Below are positions 9,609 to 22,599 of a stretch of DNA of 64,000 bases, piece by piece. A model generated the notes under the pieces. That model made no database searches. It saw nothing but the letters and a program-made list of their open reading frames with translations, and was not told where the DNA came from. Position 1 is the stretch's first letter, and each line of letters begins with the position of its first letter. The DNA lies in NCBI RefSeq assembly GCF_963921235.1, contig NC_086097.1, forward strand, positions 163,062,001-163,126,000, written 5' to 3'. The stretch comes from Mobula hypostoma. Taxonomy: Eukaryota. A program made the position numbers and the translations under genes.

Positions 9609-12600
9609 GGAAATGGAACTAGTTTGGATACACATCTTGCTTGGCACTGACAATTTGAACCGAAGGGCTTGTTTCAGTTCTGTATAACTCTGTGACTCTA
9701 TGCACACCAAGCAGCTGGAAGCCTGGTACGGGTCTGTGCATTGGTACAGTAATGTCTGTTTTGAAACAATACGTGTCCGTGGAACACAACAAGTGGCCAG
9801 AGGATGCAAGGTTCTGTTCTACCCACACACTCCACTCAACTTAGCTACAATATCTTCCGGATAGGTGAGATTTCAGCAAGATTTCTTGCTGTTGGTGATG
9901 ATTTTCATAAACAGGCTAACAGAGCAGCTGGTTCCTAATCAGCAATATCCTGTGGAGTTTAGACAGCCGTTTCAGAAGCACACCCTTTCCCCCCACCACC
10001 ACCAAGGCTGGTGGAGTTTGTCTATAATCCTGTCATCTCTGTGAAGGTAGATAACGTTTCCAAACTCAATAAGAATAAAATAATTAAAAACAAATTTAAA
10101 AATCTAAGTATGAATAATAGAAAATATTAAAGAAACTAAACTTCAAACATGATATCAAGGATAATTAGAACACTCAAAACATTTAAAGGGAATTCAACAT
10201 ATTTAAGCATATTTGTTAATTTAAAGATTGTAAATGACCTGAAACCTCTCTATCTACCTTAATTCTCTTAATGTTTCAATATGGTCCTTCCTCCAAAACT
10301 GTTGGGCATTACTGATGAATTAGCAATAATGTGAGGACAATTTTGTATTCCAGAGGAATGAGGCACTTAATGAGTCAGATATTGTGCATGGTTTAATGAC
10401 ACTTGGAATGCACTACAATATATTTTTGCAACGCATGAATTAAGTATATTTTTGGAAAAGCAAAACCGGCTTTTCACTCGGGTTGCTGTAATGAAGCCTC
10501 AAAATGGCCAGGTTCCTTTACTGGTAGAAGGGAAGGGATGTTTGCAGCTTCCACTGACCAGTCATTCAAAGTCCAAAACTGTCTTACTTCAATTCAGGAG
10601 AATAAATTATACTGGAATCCTGCAACTCACTGTCACATAATGAAATTGAATGTGAGTGAGCAGGTCCTGCTGCAAAGACATCAATGACCAAAACAGGTTA
10701 AACTCATTAATCCAGATCAAAGAGATATCATTCAACTGACCAGCCTGAACAAGCCTTCCAAAGGTCACCAACAGCAGAAATGAGCGAAACCAAAATTCTA
10801 CAACAATGTCCCTTTCTATATAAATGTTTCATTCCCTGTGATAGCACGCTATGAAATCCAGAGGTAGCAACCTATTGATTTTAATACATATTCAACAGTT
10901 CTTAACAAACGATAAGCTTACAATACCTGGTAATCTTCCTGCAATCAAATTGAGCAAGATTACCCCAGTTTTGAAAGTATAAAAGCAGGCACTCAGTTCA
11001 CTAGTCTGCACTGAATGCTACTTTGATCAGCTTGCTGCTGGACGTCACAACCAAACACTGTTTCATTTAATAACTAAACGACTACCATGGGCACACATCA
11101 AAGCCCACAAGTAATTGGAAACGTAGCCCATCATTAACCAGGCCTTCAGGCACTCTCATCAGCTCTGTTATTTTCATAGCTAATTCAAAACCTCTTCAAG
11201 CTCTGTCTAAAGGGCCATCTCAAATTTCTGCATTAATCAAAAGATAAAGGATGTCAGATATTTCCACCAGGTCCACACACTCCAGCTTCACATAGCATAT
11301 ATTCAAACATCTCCAACTGAAAGCAATTTTATAATATTAAGATTCCTGGTTCTGAGTTTGAAAAACTATATTTACAGCGGTCTCTGGAGCACATTTGCTG
11401 AACAAAACAGCCAAAGGTTATGGTGAAGTCTTGATAAACGTCAGCAATGAGAATCACCATTGTGAAGCAAGACATTAGTGGGTTGGACTTCCTGTTCCAA
11501 AGGGCTGAATATAGAAAGCTAATGTCAATGGCTTGGCTTTAAAGGGAGTTTCACCATACTGGTGTCTGTTGCATGTGAAGGCCGAATTTCAAATCCAACT
11601 AACATGGGAAGTTAAATGTTGAATTGAGCTGAGTGACAATTGTTTCCTCCAGTTGGCAAATGCCGCACAGGGAGGTGGCAAAAGGGGAATTAATGGAAGA
11701 ATGACGCAAAGGTTACTGTAATGGAGCCAATGCTTCAAAGTGACTAACATAGCAGCTGGGTCCAAGTGAGTTTTCCCACATTAGGGATTCACTCTTCAAA
11801 AGACAACTGAAAGTACAGGCCAATCCCAAGTAAAACGGGTTCCATTTTTACAGACCTCTGGAAGTCATTTATGTCCATAAATCAGAAAATACACACGAAT
11901 TACATGATATGATAGACATATGGTACTTAATGCATGAAAAACACAGAAAACTGGTAAGAAAAAACAATTAGGAAGTGAGAAGAAAGAAGAAATTAGTTCT
12001 GCCATTGGGAGGAAAGAATGTATGTATTTATGTACTTATACTTAATACTATTATAGGAGCTTGAATGCAAGAGTGTCCATACATTGGGCACTCTTAATGT
12101 ATTTACAGCCATATTTAGAAATGGAAAAAATCCTATAAGGTTGGAAGAGGTCTAATAAACTCTTTTAAAAGGAACTAACTCCAGATGATGCAGTTTCATG
12201 GGTTAAACTTCTTCTAGCTGCTCTGTAATTTCTATGATGCTCTGCAGAACCAAGGCAAGAAAGACAGGCCATGAATAGTTGATCATCCACCAACTCCAAT
12301 GATAGGTGCCTTGTCCTTTACCCCTGATAACCAAGAGTGGGCTGGTGAAATTTCTTTGATGGCTTGTTTATTTGGGAGATAGGTCAACATGGCAATCAGA
12401 TTGAGCACAGAATCAACACAGCCAACATAAACAGTGCCAATATTGCACAAGAAATGGAGCAGCAGTGTAACTCAGATAAAGGGCAGGGTGAGATATAGTA
12501 GACTGCCGACTATGAGGCACAGACAACAGATCTCACTCACAGCATAAGCACTGGGTTTGGGTGATAAATCACCTGTACATTTGTTCTTTTCCTACCATTA

Positions 12601-13644
12601 GGAAGATTCCATATGAAGAACACCATTCTTCAGATATGTTAGGAGCTACCAAAGCAAACTACATGCAACGCAGATCACCTCTTGATTCTTGCCTCATGTC
12701 ACTTCAACAAAAAGTGACAAATGTGCTTAAATAACAATGCTGTCAGGCGGTGGCTATGCCGTGCCTTAAACTGTTACTGGAGAGGAAGCAGGTCGGATGA
12801 TGCATTGAAATAACTGCCTGCAACAGAAGTCAAACATATATCTGGTCTAATGTTCAAGGCTTTAGCAATGTGTTGCATATTAGTATCTTGCAAACGTAAT
12901 ATGGAACAACGTACTTTTGAACTACAACAGTGAGCATGTGTGTTTGCCACATAATGTTGTCATACCTGGAAAGTTCAATGATTTTAAAATTAATTTTTAA
13001 CTTTCTATTTTAGATAGTTTCAATTGTTCCCTTTAAATGATCCTTTTAGCCACTATGATTGTGGTGATTATCTCACTAATGTGTAGCCAGTTGTGACCCA
13101 TTTCCCTGTACGTCACCTCTGTGTTTTCTAATGTTAAAAATATAACCTTGACTGTCACATACTATGAAATTAAAAAGTCCACAGTAATTCAGATACTGCT
13201 GAAGGAAGATGCCCTGACAGTGGAAAAATGAGTGATCAAGAACATATGAGAAAGGAGTAGGGACGTCCAGTTTCTCCATCATCATTGGCTAAGATCATAG
13301 CTGATTTATCCCTCAAATCCATAAATACCCTGATACACTCACAGTCAGATTCACTCTAAGTTGCATCCTATCATTCAGAGATTGATTTGTTTGTTCATTC
13401 TATGATCTTAGCTCTAAGTACAATATTGCTTTGTTCCAGAGTCACAAGGTTGTAGCCCACCATGATACCTGGGCAGCATGAATTCAAACAGCAAATCTGA
13501 ATCTTGTTAGAAGAAGAGCTAATCACTGTACTGGTGAGAGGACTTTCATGAAAACTCGTCTGATCCACGAAGTTCCTCAAGGAAGGAAAGCTGACATCAT
13601 CACCTTGTGACTCCAAACCCACAAATGCGTTGGCCCTCACTGGA

Positions 13645-14000
13645 CTGTATGAGGCTGAGGGATGAACTTCAAGAATTTTATAAAGTTATGAATGGTATCG
13701 GTAAGGTTAATATTCAGAGTCTTTTTCTGTGACCAGGAAAGTCTAAAGCTAGAGGTCATAAGATGAGAAGAATTTAAAGGAGATCTGAGGTGCAAATGTT
13801 TCCACCCCAAGGGTAGTGATTATATAGAACAAACTGCCAGTGGAAGTGGTAGAGACAAATACAATTTAAAAGACATTTGGATAAGTGCATGAATGGGAAA
13901 GCAGCCAAGGGACACAGGTCTGTTGCAGGAAAATTGGATTAGCGTAGATAACCATCATGATTGGACGAGTTGAGCCAAAGGGCCTGCTTCTACACTCACA
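13645..14000 (+). mobile_element. CR1 LINE 3' fragment
   Basis: Degenerate CR1 C-terminus and 3' UTR (TTTAAAAGACATTTGGATAAG ... GAGCCAAAGGGCCTG). Confidence 0.75.
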
Positions 14001-14297
14001 ACTCCACAATTAGTAACTACCTCCTCAACCCATTGAGTACACTGGCTGGAGGAATACACCAGAACTAACATGATGATACAAGACGTGTGGAGACACAAGA
14101 GACTGCAGATGCTGGAATCCGGAGGAACACAACAAGTACTGGAGGAACTCAGCAGGTCTGGCACCATCTGAAATGGATCTGAATAAATGATGGATCTCAA
14201 CCTAAAGTCTCAATTGTCCTTTTCTCTCCGCAGATGATGCTTAATCCGCTAATGTCCTTGAGGACATGTAAAGGTTTCTTTCCTGATTTCTCCTTAC

Positions 14298-14410
14298 CTG
14301 TCTCAGGTCCAGAGTAATCGTCACCCAGTGGAATTGTCTGCCATTCTGAATACTCGGACTCTGCCACCAATTGTTGGTTCCATCAATAGCGCTCTGTATT
14401 GGATGTCGCT
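14298..14410 (-). CDS. lama1: Laminin subunit alpha-1, coding exon 3 (LN domain)
   Basis: Translates as (E)RHPIQSAIDGTNNWWQSPSIQNGRQFHWVTITLDLRQ. Acceptor cctatag|AG, donor CAG|gtaagg, 113 bp. Splices in frame to the previous exon (G|AG = Glu). GTNNWW, IQNGR and HWVTITLDLRQ are LAMA1-type. Confidence 0.95.
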
Positions 14411-14869
14411 CTATAGGTACATTCACAAAGAGAGAGGAGTTTTATTATTCTTGAATCTTGCTATACTTTCAGACTGTAGTTGCCCCTTCTCCATTTGTGT
14501 AGTTCACTCCAGTTGAGGAAGACACAGGAATAGGGATAGGAAAGGTTTAGAAGGATATGGGCCAAATGCAAATGGGATCTACTCAGCAAGACAAGTTAGG
14601 GTTGGAGGGCCTATTTCTAAGTTGTATAACTTCATTACTGTAACTCTAAGTTGACAGTGTGCTGATAAGGTCAAGAACATTCACAAATAGATGGAATGTG
14701 GAGGAGAGCTGATGGTACAATCTATCAGGACTCATTTGCTTCAGGATCTCCACATGACTTAGTCATTCTAAATGATCAAGCTTCATTTTACATACCCCAC
14801 CAACTGAAACAAGAGGAAGAGGATTGGTCAGTTGCTGGTACCAAGGGATTAAACAGCACAGACCACCAC

Positions 14870-16120
14870 ATCAACAAAGAAATTATAGGCTAGCGAGCCT
14901 GACAACAGTTGTAAAAAAGTTACTGGAAGTAATTCTAAGGGATTGGATATACAAGTATTTGGATACACATGGACTGATTACGGATAGTCAACTTGGCTTC
15001 ATGCACGGTAGGTCATGTCTAACCAATCTTAGAGAGATTTTTGAGGAAGTTATCAGGGAAGTAGATGAAGGTAAGGCAGTAGACGTTGTCTACATGGACT
15101 TTATCAAGGCATTTGACAAGGTCCCGCATGGGAGGCTGGTCAAAAAGGTTCAGACACTCGACATTCAAGATGAGGTAGTAAATAAGATTTGACACTGGCT
15201 TTGTGTGAGATGCCAGTGAGTGGTAGTAGATAGTTGCCTCTCTGTCTGGAGGCCTGGATCAGTGCTGGGTTCTCTGTTGTTTGTCATCTATATCAATGAT
15301 CTGGATGATAATGTGCTTAACTGGATCAGCAGTTACGGATGACACCAAGATTGGGGGTGTAGCGGACAGGGAGGTTATCCTGGCTTGCAGAAGGATCCAC
15401 ATCAGCTGGAAAAATGGGCTGAAAAATGGCAGAAAGAAATTAAGGCAGACAAGTGTGAGGTTTTGCAGTTCAGCAGGACCAACCAGGGTTGGTCTTGTAC
15501 AGTAGGACACTGAGAAGTGTGGTAAAACAAAGAGATCTGGGAATACAACTCCATAATTCGTTAAAAGTGGCATCATGATAGGGTCATAAAGAAAGCTTTT
15601 GGCACACTGGCCTTCATAAATCAGTGCATTAGGATGTTATGTTGAAGTTATACAAGATGTTGGTGAGACCTAGTTTGGAATACTGAGTGCAGCTTCGGTC
15701 ACCTACCTATAGGAAAGATGTAAAGAAGGATGAAAAAGTAACAGAGAAAATCTACAAGGATGTTACCAGGTCTAAAGGACCTGAGTTATAAGGAAATATT
15801 AAGTAGGTTAGAACTGTATTCCTTAGAATGCAGAAGATTGAGAGGAGATTTGATGGAAGTGTACAAAATTATGAGGGGTATAGATAGGGTAAGTGCAAGC
15901 AGGCTTTTTCCACTGAGGTTGGGTGGGACTATAACCAGAGGTTAAGGGTGAGAGGTACAAACTTTGTAAAAAGTTTAAGTGGAACTTGAGGGGAAACCTC
16001 TTCACTCCAGAGTGTGGAATGATTTGCCAGCACAAGTGGCACATGTGAGCTTGATTTCAACACTAAAGAGAAGTTTAGCTAGGTACATGGATAGCAGGGG
16101 TATGGAGGCTATGGTCCCGT
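14870..16120 (+). mobile_element. CR1 LINE RT fragment in lama1 intron 2
   Basis: NYRLASLT...GRSCLTNL...VDVVYMDFIKAFDKVPHGRL, DDTKIGG and RGDLMEVYKIMRGIDRV. Confidence 0.92.
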
Positions 16121-17308
16121 CAGATTGACTACATCCAACAATCAGCACCCACTATACTTACAGCACCGATCGACATAATACTGCAGCCTGTGCCTAGTTG
16201 CACTTTCCCCAACATCACCCCACCCACAATAACACTTCTTCCCCAAACCTTTTCTGCCCTCAGATCTGGAGAATAATCTTAATGAAGCCTGCTGTTGGTT
16301 TCTCCCCTGCACTGACTGAGTAAAGGAATTAAATGCACCAGAATCTCTCTAGTTTCTGGCTTCACTGACTACTTTGGCCTCCCTCTCCAGGGCTTCTGTT
16401 TTGGAACCTGTATCTGTCTGCATCTGCTGTATTTGGCTCAATACCTCCATAGACCGTCCTGGTTTCCTGCTCTGCTTTCCTTTCTCTGGAACGAGTTTCA
16501 CATTGGCTGAGGGAATTCAAGAAGAAACTTGGATCTGGTTTTGGACCAAAAATATACCAGGAATGAATCCATTTCCAAAGATCAAACTTAAGAAAAGACA
16601 GTAAAGACTTCAGTTCCTTGACTCTCAGCAACAGCTTCAGTCCTCAGCACTACTGGCTACTACCTGGCTAGCAGTGGGTCCGTAGGCACCTTATTCTACA
16701 ACTACCCTCTTGTTTTCTTTCTGCTTCCTAGCTGAAGGCCCAGCCAGGAGGAAGGGCTGTCAAGGGAGTACACACAGGATGTGCAAATCTATCAAGGCAT
16801 TAAAATCCCAGGATCCATTCCACACACACCTCATGTAACGAGATAACACTTTAATAAACTTTGAGAAGAAGAGCTGTGCAGGCCACTGTGAACTGTGTCC
16901 TCTTTAAAAGAGTTTTTGATGAAATAGCTAGAATCTCCACCCACAGCTGGCTTGAGGGAAAGGGTTAGAATGACAAGTATCCATAATATTGTTGGATTAG
17001 AGTAGTTCTTCGAAAATTACTTCATGTCCATTTCCTAATGAATGTTGGTGTGCATAATCACAGAAAGGTCATTTTTCTCCCCCCATTTTCATGAGCAATG
17101 TAGGCTCAGCATTGGGAATTGTAACTCTCAGCCATTTTCCCCAACCTAACAAGATTATTATTTAAGGAAGAGAATTCAATAATCAAAACCAGATCCTACT
17201 AAGAATAGAAACTTTTGTAACTATATGCAGGATGTCAATTCCTATTTAGCAGTGCAGGAATCAGCACTACACCGAGTTAGGTACACGAATCACCACAAAT
17301 ACACATAC

Positions 17309-17479
17309 CTTTGGGATTTGCACTGTTCTGGTCACAAATACGACACTGTGGGTTACGTATAGGCCGCCCGGGGACATGCTCCACCAGTTTGCAGTACATC
17401 TCAGGGCCATGTTCACCACAGGTTGCATTAGTGGAGATGATAGCATTGCTGGCCAGATTCAGGATGGCTGGAAAAAGAC
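17309..17479 (-). CDS. lama1: Laminin subunit alpha-1, coding exon 2 (start of LN domain)
   Basis: Translates as (G)LFPAILNLASNAIISTNATCGEHGPEMYCKLVEHVPGRPIRNPQCRICDQNSANPK. Acceptor ttcatcag|GT, donor AAAG|gtatgt, 171 bp, phase 1 at both ends. AILNL and PGRP match LAMA1 better than LAMA2 (AVLNL, PGQP). Confidence 0.95.
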
Positions 17480-18608
17480 CTGATGAAGACAAAACAGATA
17501 AGGTTGGGACCCAAATCATCAAACAATATCAAATTTCATCCACAATCTAAAATGATCTAAAGCATGCTTTATAGAAGTAAAAACCAGGTGTATTGGAACT
17601 CTTCAAGATATTTTTAGAAATCATAAAACATTTGAGTGTGTTTAAAATGTTAACAACATTTACATGTTGGAAAAGCAAAGAAAAATGAACATGCTGAAGG
17701 TCTGTAATCAAACTGAATCAAAACCAGATCCAATTCAGAATAGAGAGCCTTGCAACTATATGCAGAATGTAGATCCTTCTTTACTCAGTAGGTCATGCAG
17801 CATTGGTGGAGAGGAAACCATTGGTTTTATAGATCAAATGTCCTCTCATTGTTCGTAAACATTGCTGCATGTAGTAACTATGGGTCCATGCCCAGTTCTT
17901 GTGACTGCGATGATAGTATCAGCTACAGGTCACTTTGTACAGAAGATTATGGGTTTATATCCTATTCTCGTACAGGAGGGCTGTACAACTATTGAGATCG
18001 CCTTTAAATTAAAGCCTCTCATAATGACATAAAATACCCTGTGCCTGCGGGTTAATACAAGAATTACCCTGTGGCCTTTGCTAATGATGATCCTTCAATC
18101 AATACTACTGAAGCACTTAATTAGCTCACAGTGAATGCTTCCAATGTGTTCAATATTACATGGAATTGCCCGAAGGAGATGTGAAATATCCTATATTATT
18201 GAAAGAATCAGAGAATCATTATGACACTACAAGAGACTATTTAACCTATAAAATCTGTGATGGCTGCTAAGAGATGAATCACATCAATCCCATCTCCCCC
18301 GCTCTTCTCATAGCTCTTAAAATTATTTTTCATTTAAATTTTATTTAGTTCACTTTTGAATGTCCTATATGACTCTGTCTGATTTCAGATCATAACAGTT
18401 ATCTGTATAGAAGGCTATACAGAAGTTTATTACGGCTATCTAAACCAAAAAGTTACAAGTCCTCCAGGAAATCAAACACTTTCTTAGCCATCAGATTACA
18501 TTTTGTAACACAATCTTCCAGTGTTTTTCTTATATTTTACAGAAATAGTTAATAATGAAGGTTTGAAGAAAAAACTCAAATGGAGTGGTTCATTGACTGT
18601 GCAATGTT

Positions 18609-20009
18609 CTGAGGCCTTCATCAGTCAGTGTTGATCGTGGATATTGCGTCTCAGCTGTCTGGATATGCAAGCTTGGGCAGTAGTATATGGAGAGCAAGCT
18701 GTTGCCCACGTAGCAAGCTCCCCCTCTCCACGTATCTGATGATCTCAAAAGGAACAGCAGAAACTGATTCAGTTTGGTATCAGCAGCATCGCAGGAGCTG
18801 CCAGTCATCATTGAACTCAATGCCCTAGGGGCTGCAGCTTCCGGATTTTTCCCTTGAGGTTCAATCCCGAAGCCTTCCCTATCAGTGGGTATAGCCACAA
18901 GGCAGCAGAGGTCTGACCTCAAAGTCTTCCTTCTCCTAGATGAGCTGCCAACCATGGCTGACGAGCCCCATCTGCCCGAAGCCACTGGTTTTAAGGCACC
19001 AGTAACTTTTTCCCCTTCTCCAATCAGTAGAAACTGTTCCGCTGTGCTTAGTAGCTAAGCCACTCATGAAGGTGTTCCACCAAACTGATACCCAATAAGA
19101 ATAACCATGACGGGTGGATGCTGCAACTACTTGGTTTTACTTGAACAAATGGACCCAGCCTCGGTAGTTCCTCCGAGACTCACTTTATTGTTAATACAGA
19201 GAAGAAAATAGAGAGTTGTGAGAAATGCTTTATATTGTACACTACCTACACCACTAATAGGTACGGCTAACTTAAGCAACCCCTAGTAGTCTACTCCGCT
19301 GAGTATAGTCTGTGTGGTCCCTGAAGCAGTCGATTGACTGTGGCCTGGCTAGGGTGGAGGTCCTTGGCGCCTGTTCAGCTGCTCCGCCCGGAGGTGGGAC
19401 CCAGGCGAGTGGTCTGCGCAAGAAAGAATTTTCCCACCTTTATGGCGCTATTGCCACTTCCCAGTCCAGCTGAGAGGGGCTAGGCGTCCAATCCGACGCT
19501 TACACGACCCTAACTTGGGCCAATCCAAGTGCTGGCCATGTATTAAGCCAACATACATCCTCCATACCTGCAATTACCACGTTTGGGTGACCTGTAACAA
19601 CCGACCTTTGACCCCTCAGGGACAATGCATCCTATTAATCTTAAAAACAATGTTAAAAAAAAATTCTTTAGAGACAAGGTGATTAATTACTTTTACACAA
19701 ATCAGCACTTTTAGCTTGCTCTCAGGCACGTTATCCAGTAGACCAGGGTCACATATGGTTCTCCCCTTATCTAGTATCAAGGGTCAATCTGCCCAACAAC
19801 ATAACAGGCCCACAAATTCCTAATTGTTAACCATTTCCCTGCCGTGCCAATTTTCATACCTACACACCTACCTATACACCACACACTTACCTATACAGAA
19901 GGCCAGGAGCTGGACTTGGTTGTCAGAGGCTATTTGAGGTACATGCCATTGGGAGTACCTAGTAAGTGATGGGAGGTTATTCCTATTACCACCTCCGGCT
20001 GTAACAACC
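18609..20009 (-). mobile_element. Probable non-autonomous RTE-derived retroelement, interrupted by a solo LTR
   Basis: RTE-like UTR motifs recognised from memory (GGCAGCTCATCTAGGAGAAGG). Flanked by (C)AATGTT at 18602-18608 and 20009-20015. About 570 bp once the LTR is removed. Confidence 0.55.
19073..19897 (-). mobile_element. Solo LTR, 825 bp
   Basis: TGT...ACA termini and 5-bp TSD GAAGG (19068-19072, 19898-19902). AATAAA on the minus strand at 19184-19189, plus CCAAT motifs. Confidence 0.85.
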
Positions 20010-21015
20010 AATGTTACCTGCTATGTATAGATGAGCAAGAGTTCAGCAAGCATGCTTTCCAGATAAATTAGGGGACATTTTGCTTCACTGATGTGAGAGT
20101 CTATGTTTGCATTTCGCTTTGGCACGTAGAGGAAATTTGGTTCAGCAAAAGTGTGCCTGCTGGCTTGCCTTAGTGGAAGAAAGGATGGGTTCAAATTCCC
20201 TATTCAGCTAATAATCTGATTTTATACTTCAGAGAGGGAACATGCACCAAGTTATCCATCGCTAGGTAAGACAATAAGAGGGATTTTGCCTCTCCAAAAG
20301 TCTGATAATAGTCAATTATTGATGATTAAGTTAGAGTGTTAATCAGGGCATTAGGGGTTTATGTCACAAATGTACAATAGTCATGTAGCCTTTACATATG
20401 GAGTGGACAAACCAAATTAGAAGAAATAATAGTAAGTGAATTCTAAAAATGACCAACAGATAGTTTTCCAGAGCAGTATCCTGAAGAACTAACAAGAGAA
20501 TAGGCTATTTAGATCTTGCATTATTACATGTGAAAGAGTTAATTATTAATCTGGTAGTTAAGGGGCTAAGGGAAGAGTGATCATAATTGAGAATTTTCTA
20601 AAAAAAAATTGATCTTGTTCAACCTGAAACCAAGGACTTCAATCTAAACAAAGTTGACTCCGGGCTATTGGGAGATCTAATAATAATTAAGCCATGGCAT
20701 ATATTGTTTGATGGCATAAAAAGCAGTAAACAAAGCAGCAAGCTTGATGACAGAGAAACTTACAGATTTCAGCAAAGAGAAACAAAAAATTGACAGAAGG
20801 TAAGGGAATATGATAATATTCTTGATAAACTTAACAAGAGATTATAAAAAAAATTAGAGATATTATAAGTAAAAGAGAAAGTAGAAGCACACTATATAGG
20901 GAGAGAGTAAGCCAGGAACTACAGAATAATTAGCCTGTCTCACCTCACTTTCCCCACCTGGTTCCACCTGCCCATCATCTTATCATCCCCTGAACAGTGG
21001 ATGCCCCTATCTTTG

Positions 21016-21606
21016 TGTAACATGCTATAAGATTTCGCTATTAATGCAATAGGCTCTCTGTAATGTTTCACTGCTAAGGTAATGGTTCTCTGTAGCAGCA
21101 ATGTTTGGGTTATGACTAGAGATAACGGGGGCTTTGGAATGTATGCTAGCCAATAGGAAGCATGTTGTTCTTTCTTGTGGGTCTGGAAGCAGGGATTTGG
21201 CGTTCTTTTGTTGGTGAGAGATGAAGAAGGAAGATGTGAACGGAGAGAGTTGGTAGGCCGCCGGATGGAGTGGTCTAGGAGCGAGGGTCTAAAGGTCAAC
21301 GACACTCGGAGGGGGTCGATGGAGGAATGACAGGACGTGTCTGTGAGCTCCAATGTGCACATTAGACTGTTTCATTAAAATGGGCCCTTTTTCTTTTTAT
21401 TTTCTTTACTAACCCTATAGTCAGAGTAAGATTTATAAAGTTTAATCATTAAATTGCGTATGGTGTACTGTCTGATATTTTGCAGTTCAGATTTGTAACT
21501 GGGCAACACATCATGCAGCATCCACATAAACGAGATTTTTCGGTTTGGCTGGGCCAGAAGTGTCTTCTCCTAGACAAACGCATGATGGCCAAACCTGAGG
21601 GTTACA
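21016..21606 (+). mobile_element. Solo LTR, 591 bp (Gypsy- or ERV1-like)
   Basis: TGTAAC...GTTACA inverted termini and 4-bp TSD TTTG (21012-21015, 21607-21610). Orientation is tentative. Confidence 0.85.
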
Positions 21607-22599
21607 TTTGTTTCGTGGCTATCTGGAGAAGACAATTTTCAGAATTGTATACAGCTAAATGCTTTGGTAATAAATGAACCTTTGAATCTTTCTGAACTTT
21701 GATCAACTACCAGCCTCTATTCCTCACCTCCTGCTCCACCTAGTTTCATTTGCCTGCCTTCCCCAGCCCTGCCCCACCTCCCAATGAACAGCTATACATG
21801 TTGGCAATTTCCCCTGTTCTCTCTCACTCCTGATGCAGGGTCTCAACTTAATGAGATTTTTCAGGCTTCTGTTTTTGTTTTGAAATTTCAACAAACTGGT
21901 CATTGTTCATAGGTTATAACCAAAGCATAATGCACCAATCTTCATCTAAAGTAGCTGTGCACAACAATGAATTGATAAAAACTGACTACAATATTAATTC
22001 TCTGCCGGTCCCTATTTTTGACACATTATAGCATGTGCTTAAACTTAAGTTGAATAGCTGTGAACTACAGAGATGAATGGTTACTCCCTTGACAGCCTCC
22101 ATCAAAAAGGAAGGTTTGCTGGAATGTGACACATCACTACATGACAAAGAAGGATCCAAGTCCTCCTGTAAACAGAGACAGAGAGATCACTAATGAACAA
22201 GCACCATCCTGCAGCTGGGCTCAGCTCGCAAGGTAACACTGTCACCATGCTGGTTGCTTAAGGAATTTATGACAATTCACGAGAAACAGAGTTAGTAACT
22301 GCTTCAATGCAAACCCTAAGTGAACAAAATTAAATGCAAAAATGCACACAAGGCACACTCTCCTTTTTAAAAAAAGTTATATCACTACAATTGTTTTAAC
22401 TAAGAAACTACACTTCCATTTTAACTAGGTAAATATATTGTCCCCAAAGCATTCAGCTGCTTTATGTGCTTTTATCTAATGTTACGACCTGACAACACCA
22501 CATGTACAATATCCTGTTGAAACCTGTGGAATGAATATGCCTTACACAGGGACTAAATTTTTCAGGTTTCTTTTGGTTCACTTCAAGGCCATTTTTTTC

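Noticed and set aside
1..14297. lama1 exon 4 (VFQVAY...GNWILERS...WQYY)
   Set aside because: Not found by eye or in the ORF track. Probably beyond the left edge, though a miss cannot be excluded.
16120..16760. Possible CR1/L2 ORF1 relic (LLRVKELKSLL); also a possible L1 relic at 20440-20900 and an endonuclease relic at 56430-57040
   Set aside because: Similarity is too weak to call without a profile search.
14298..17479. Assignment to lama2
   Set aside because: Diagnostic residues (AILNL, PGRP, ERHPI, GTNNWW, IQNGR, HWVT, LRQ) fit LAMA1. A phylogeny would confirm.
18735..18770. CTGATGA...GAAA hammerhead-like string in the RTE-like element
   Set aside because: No stem II, no NUH site in register, and antisense to the element.
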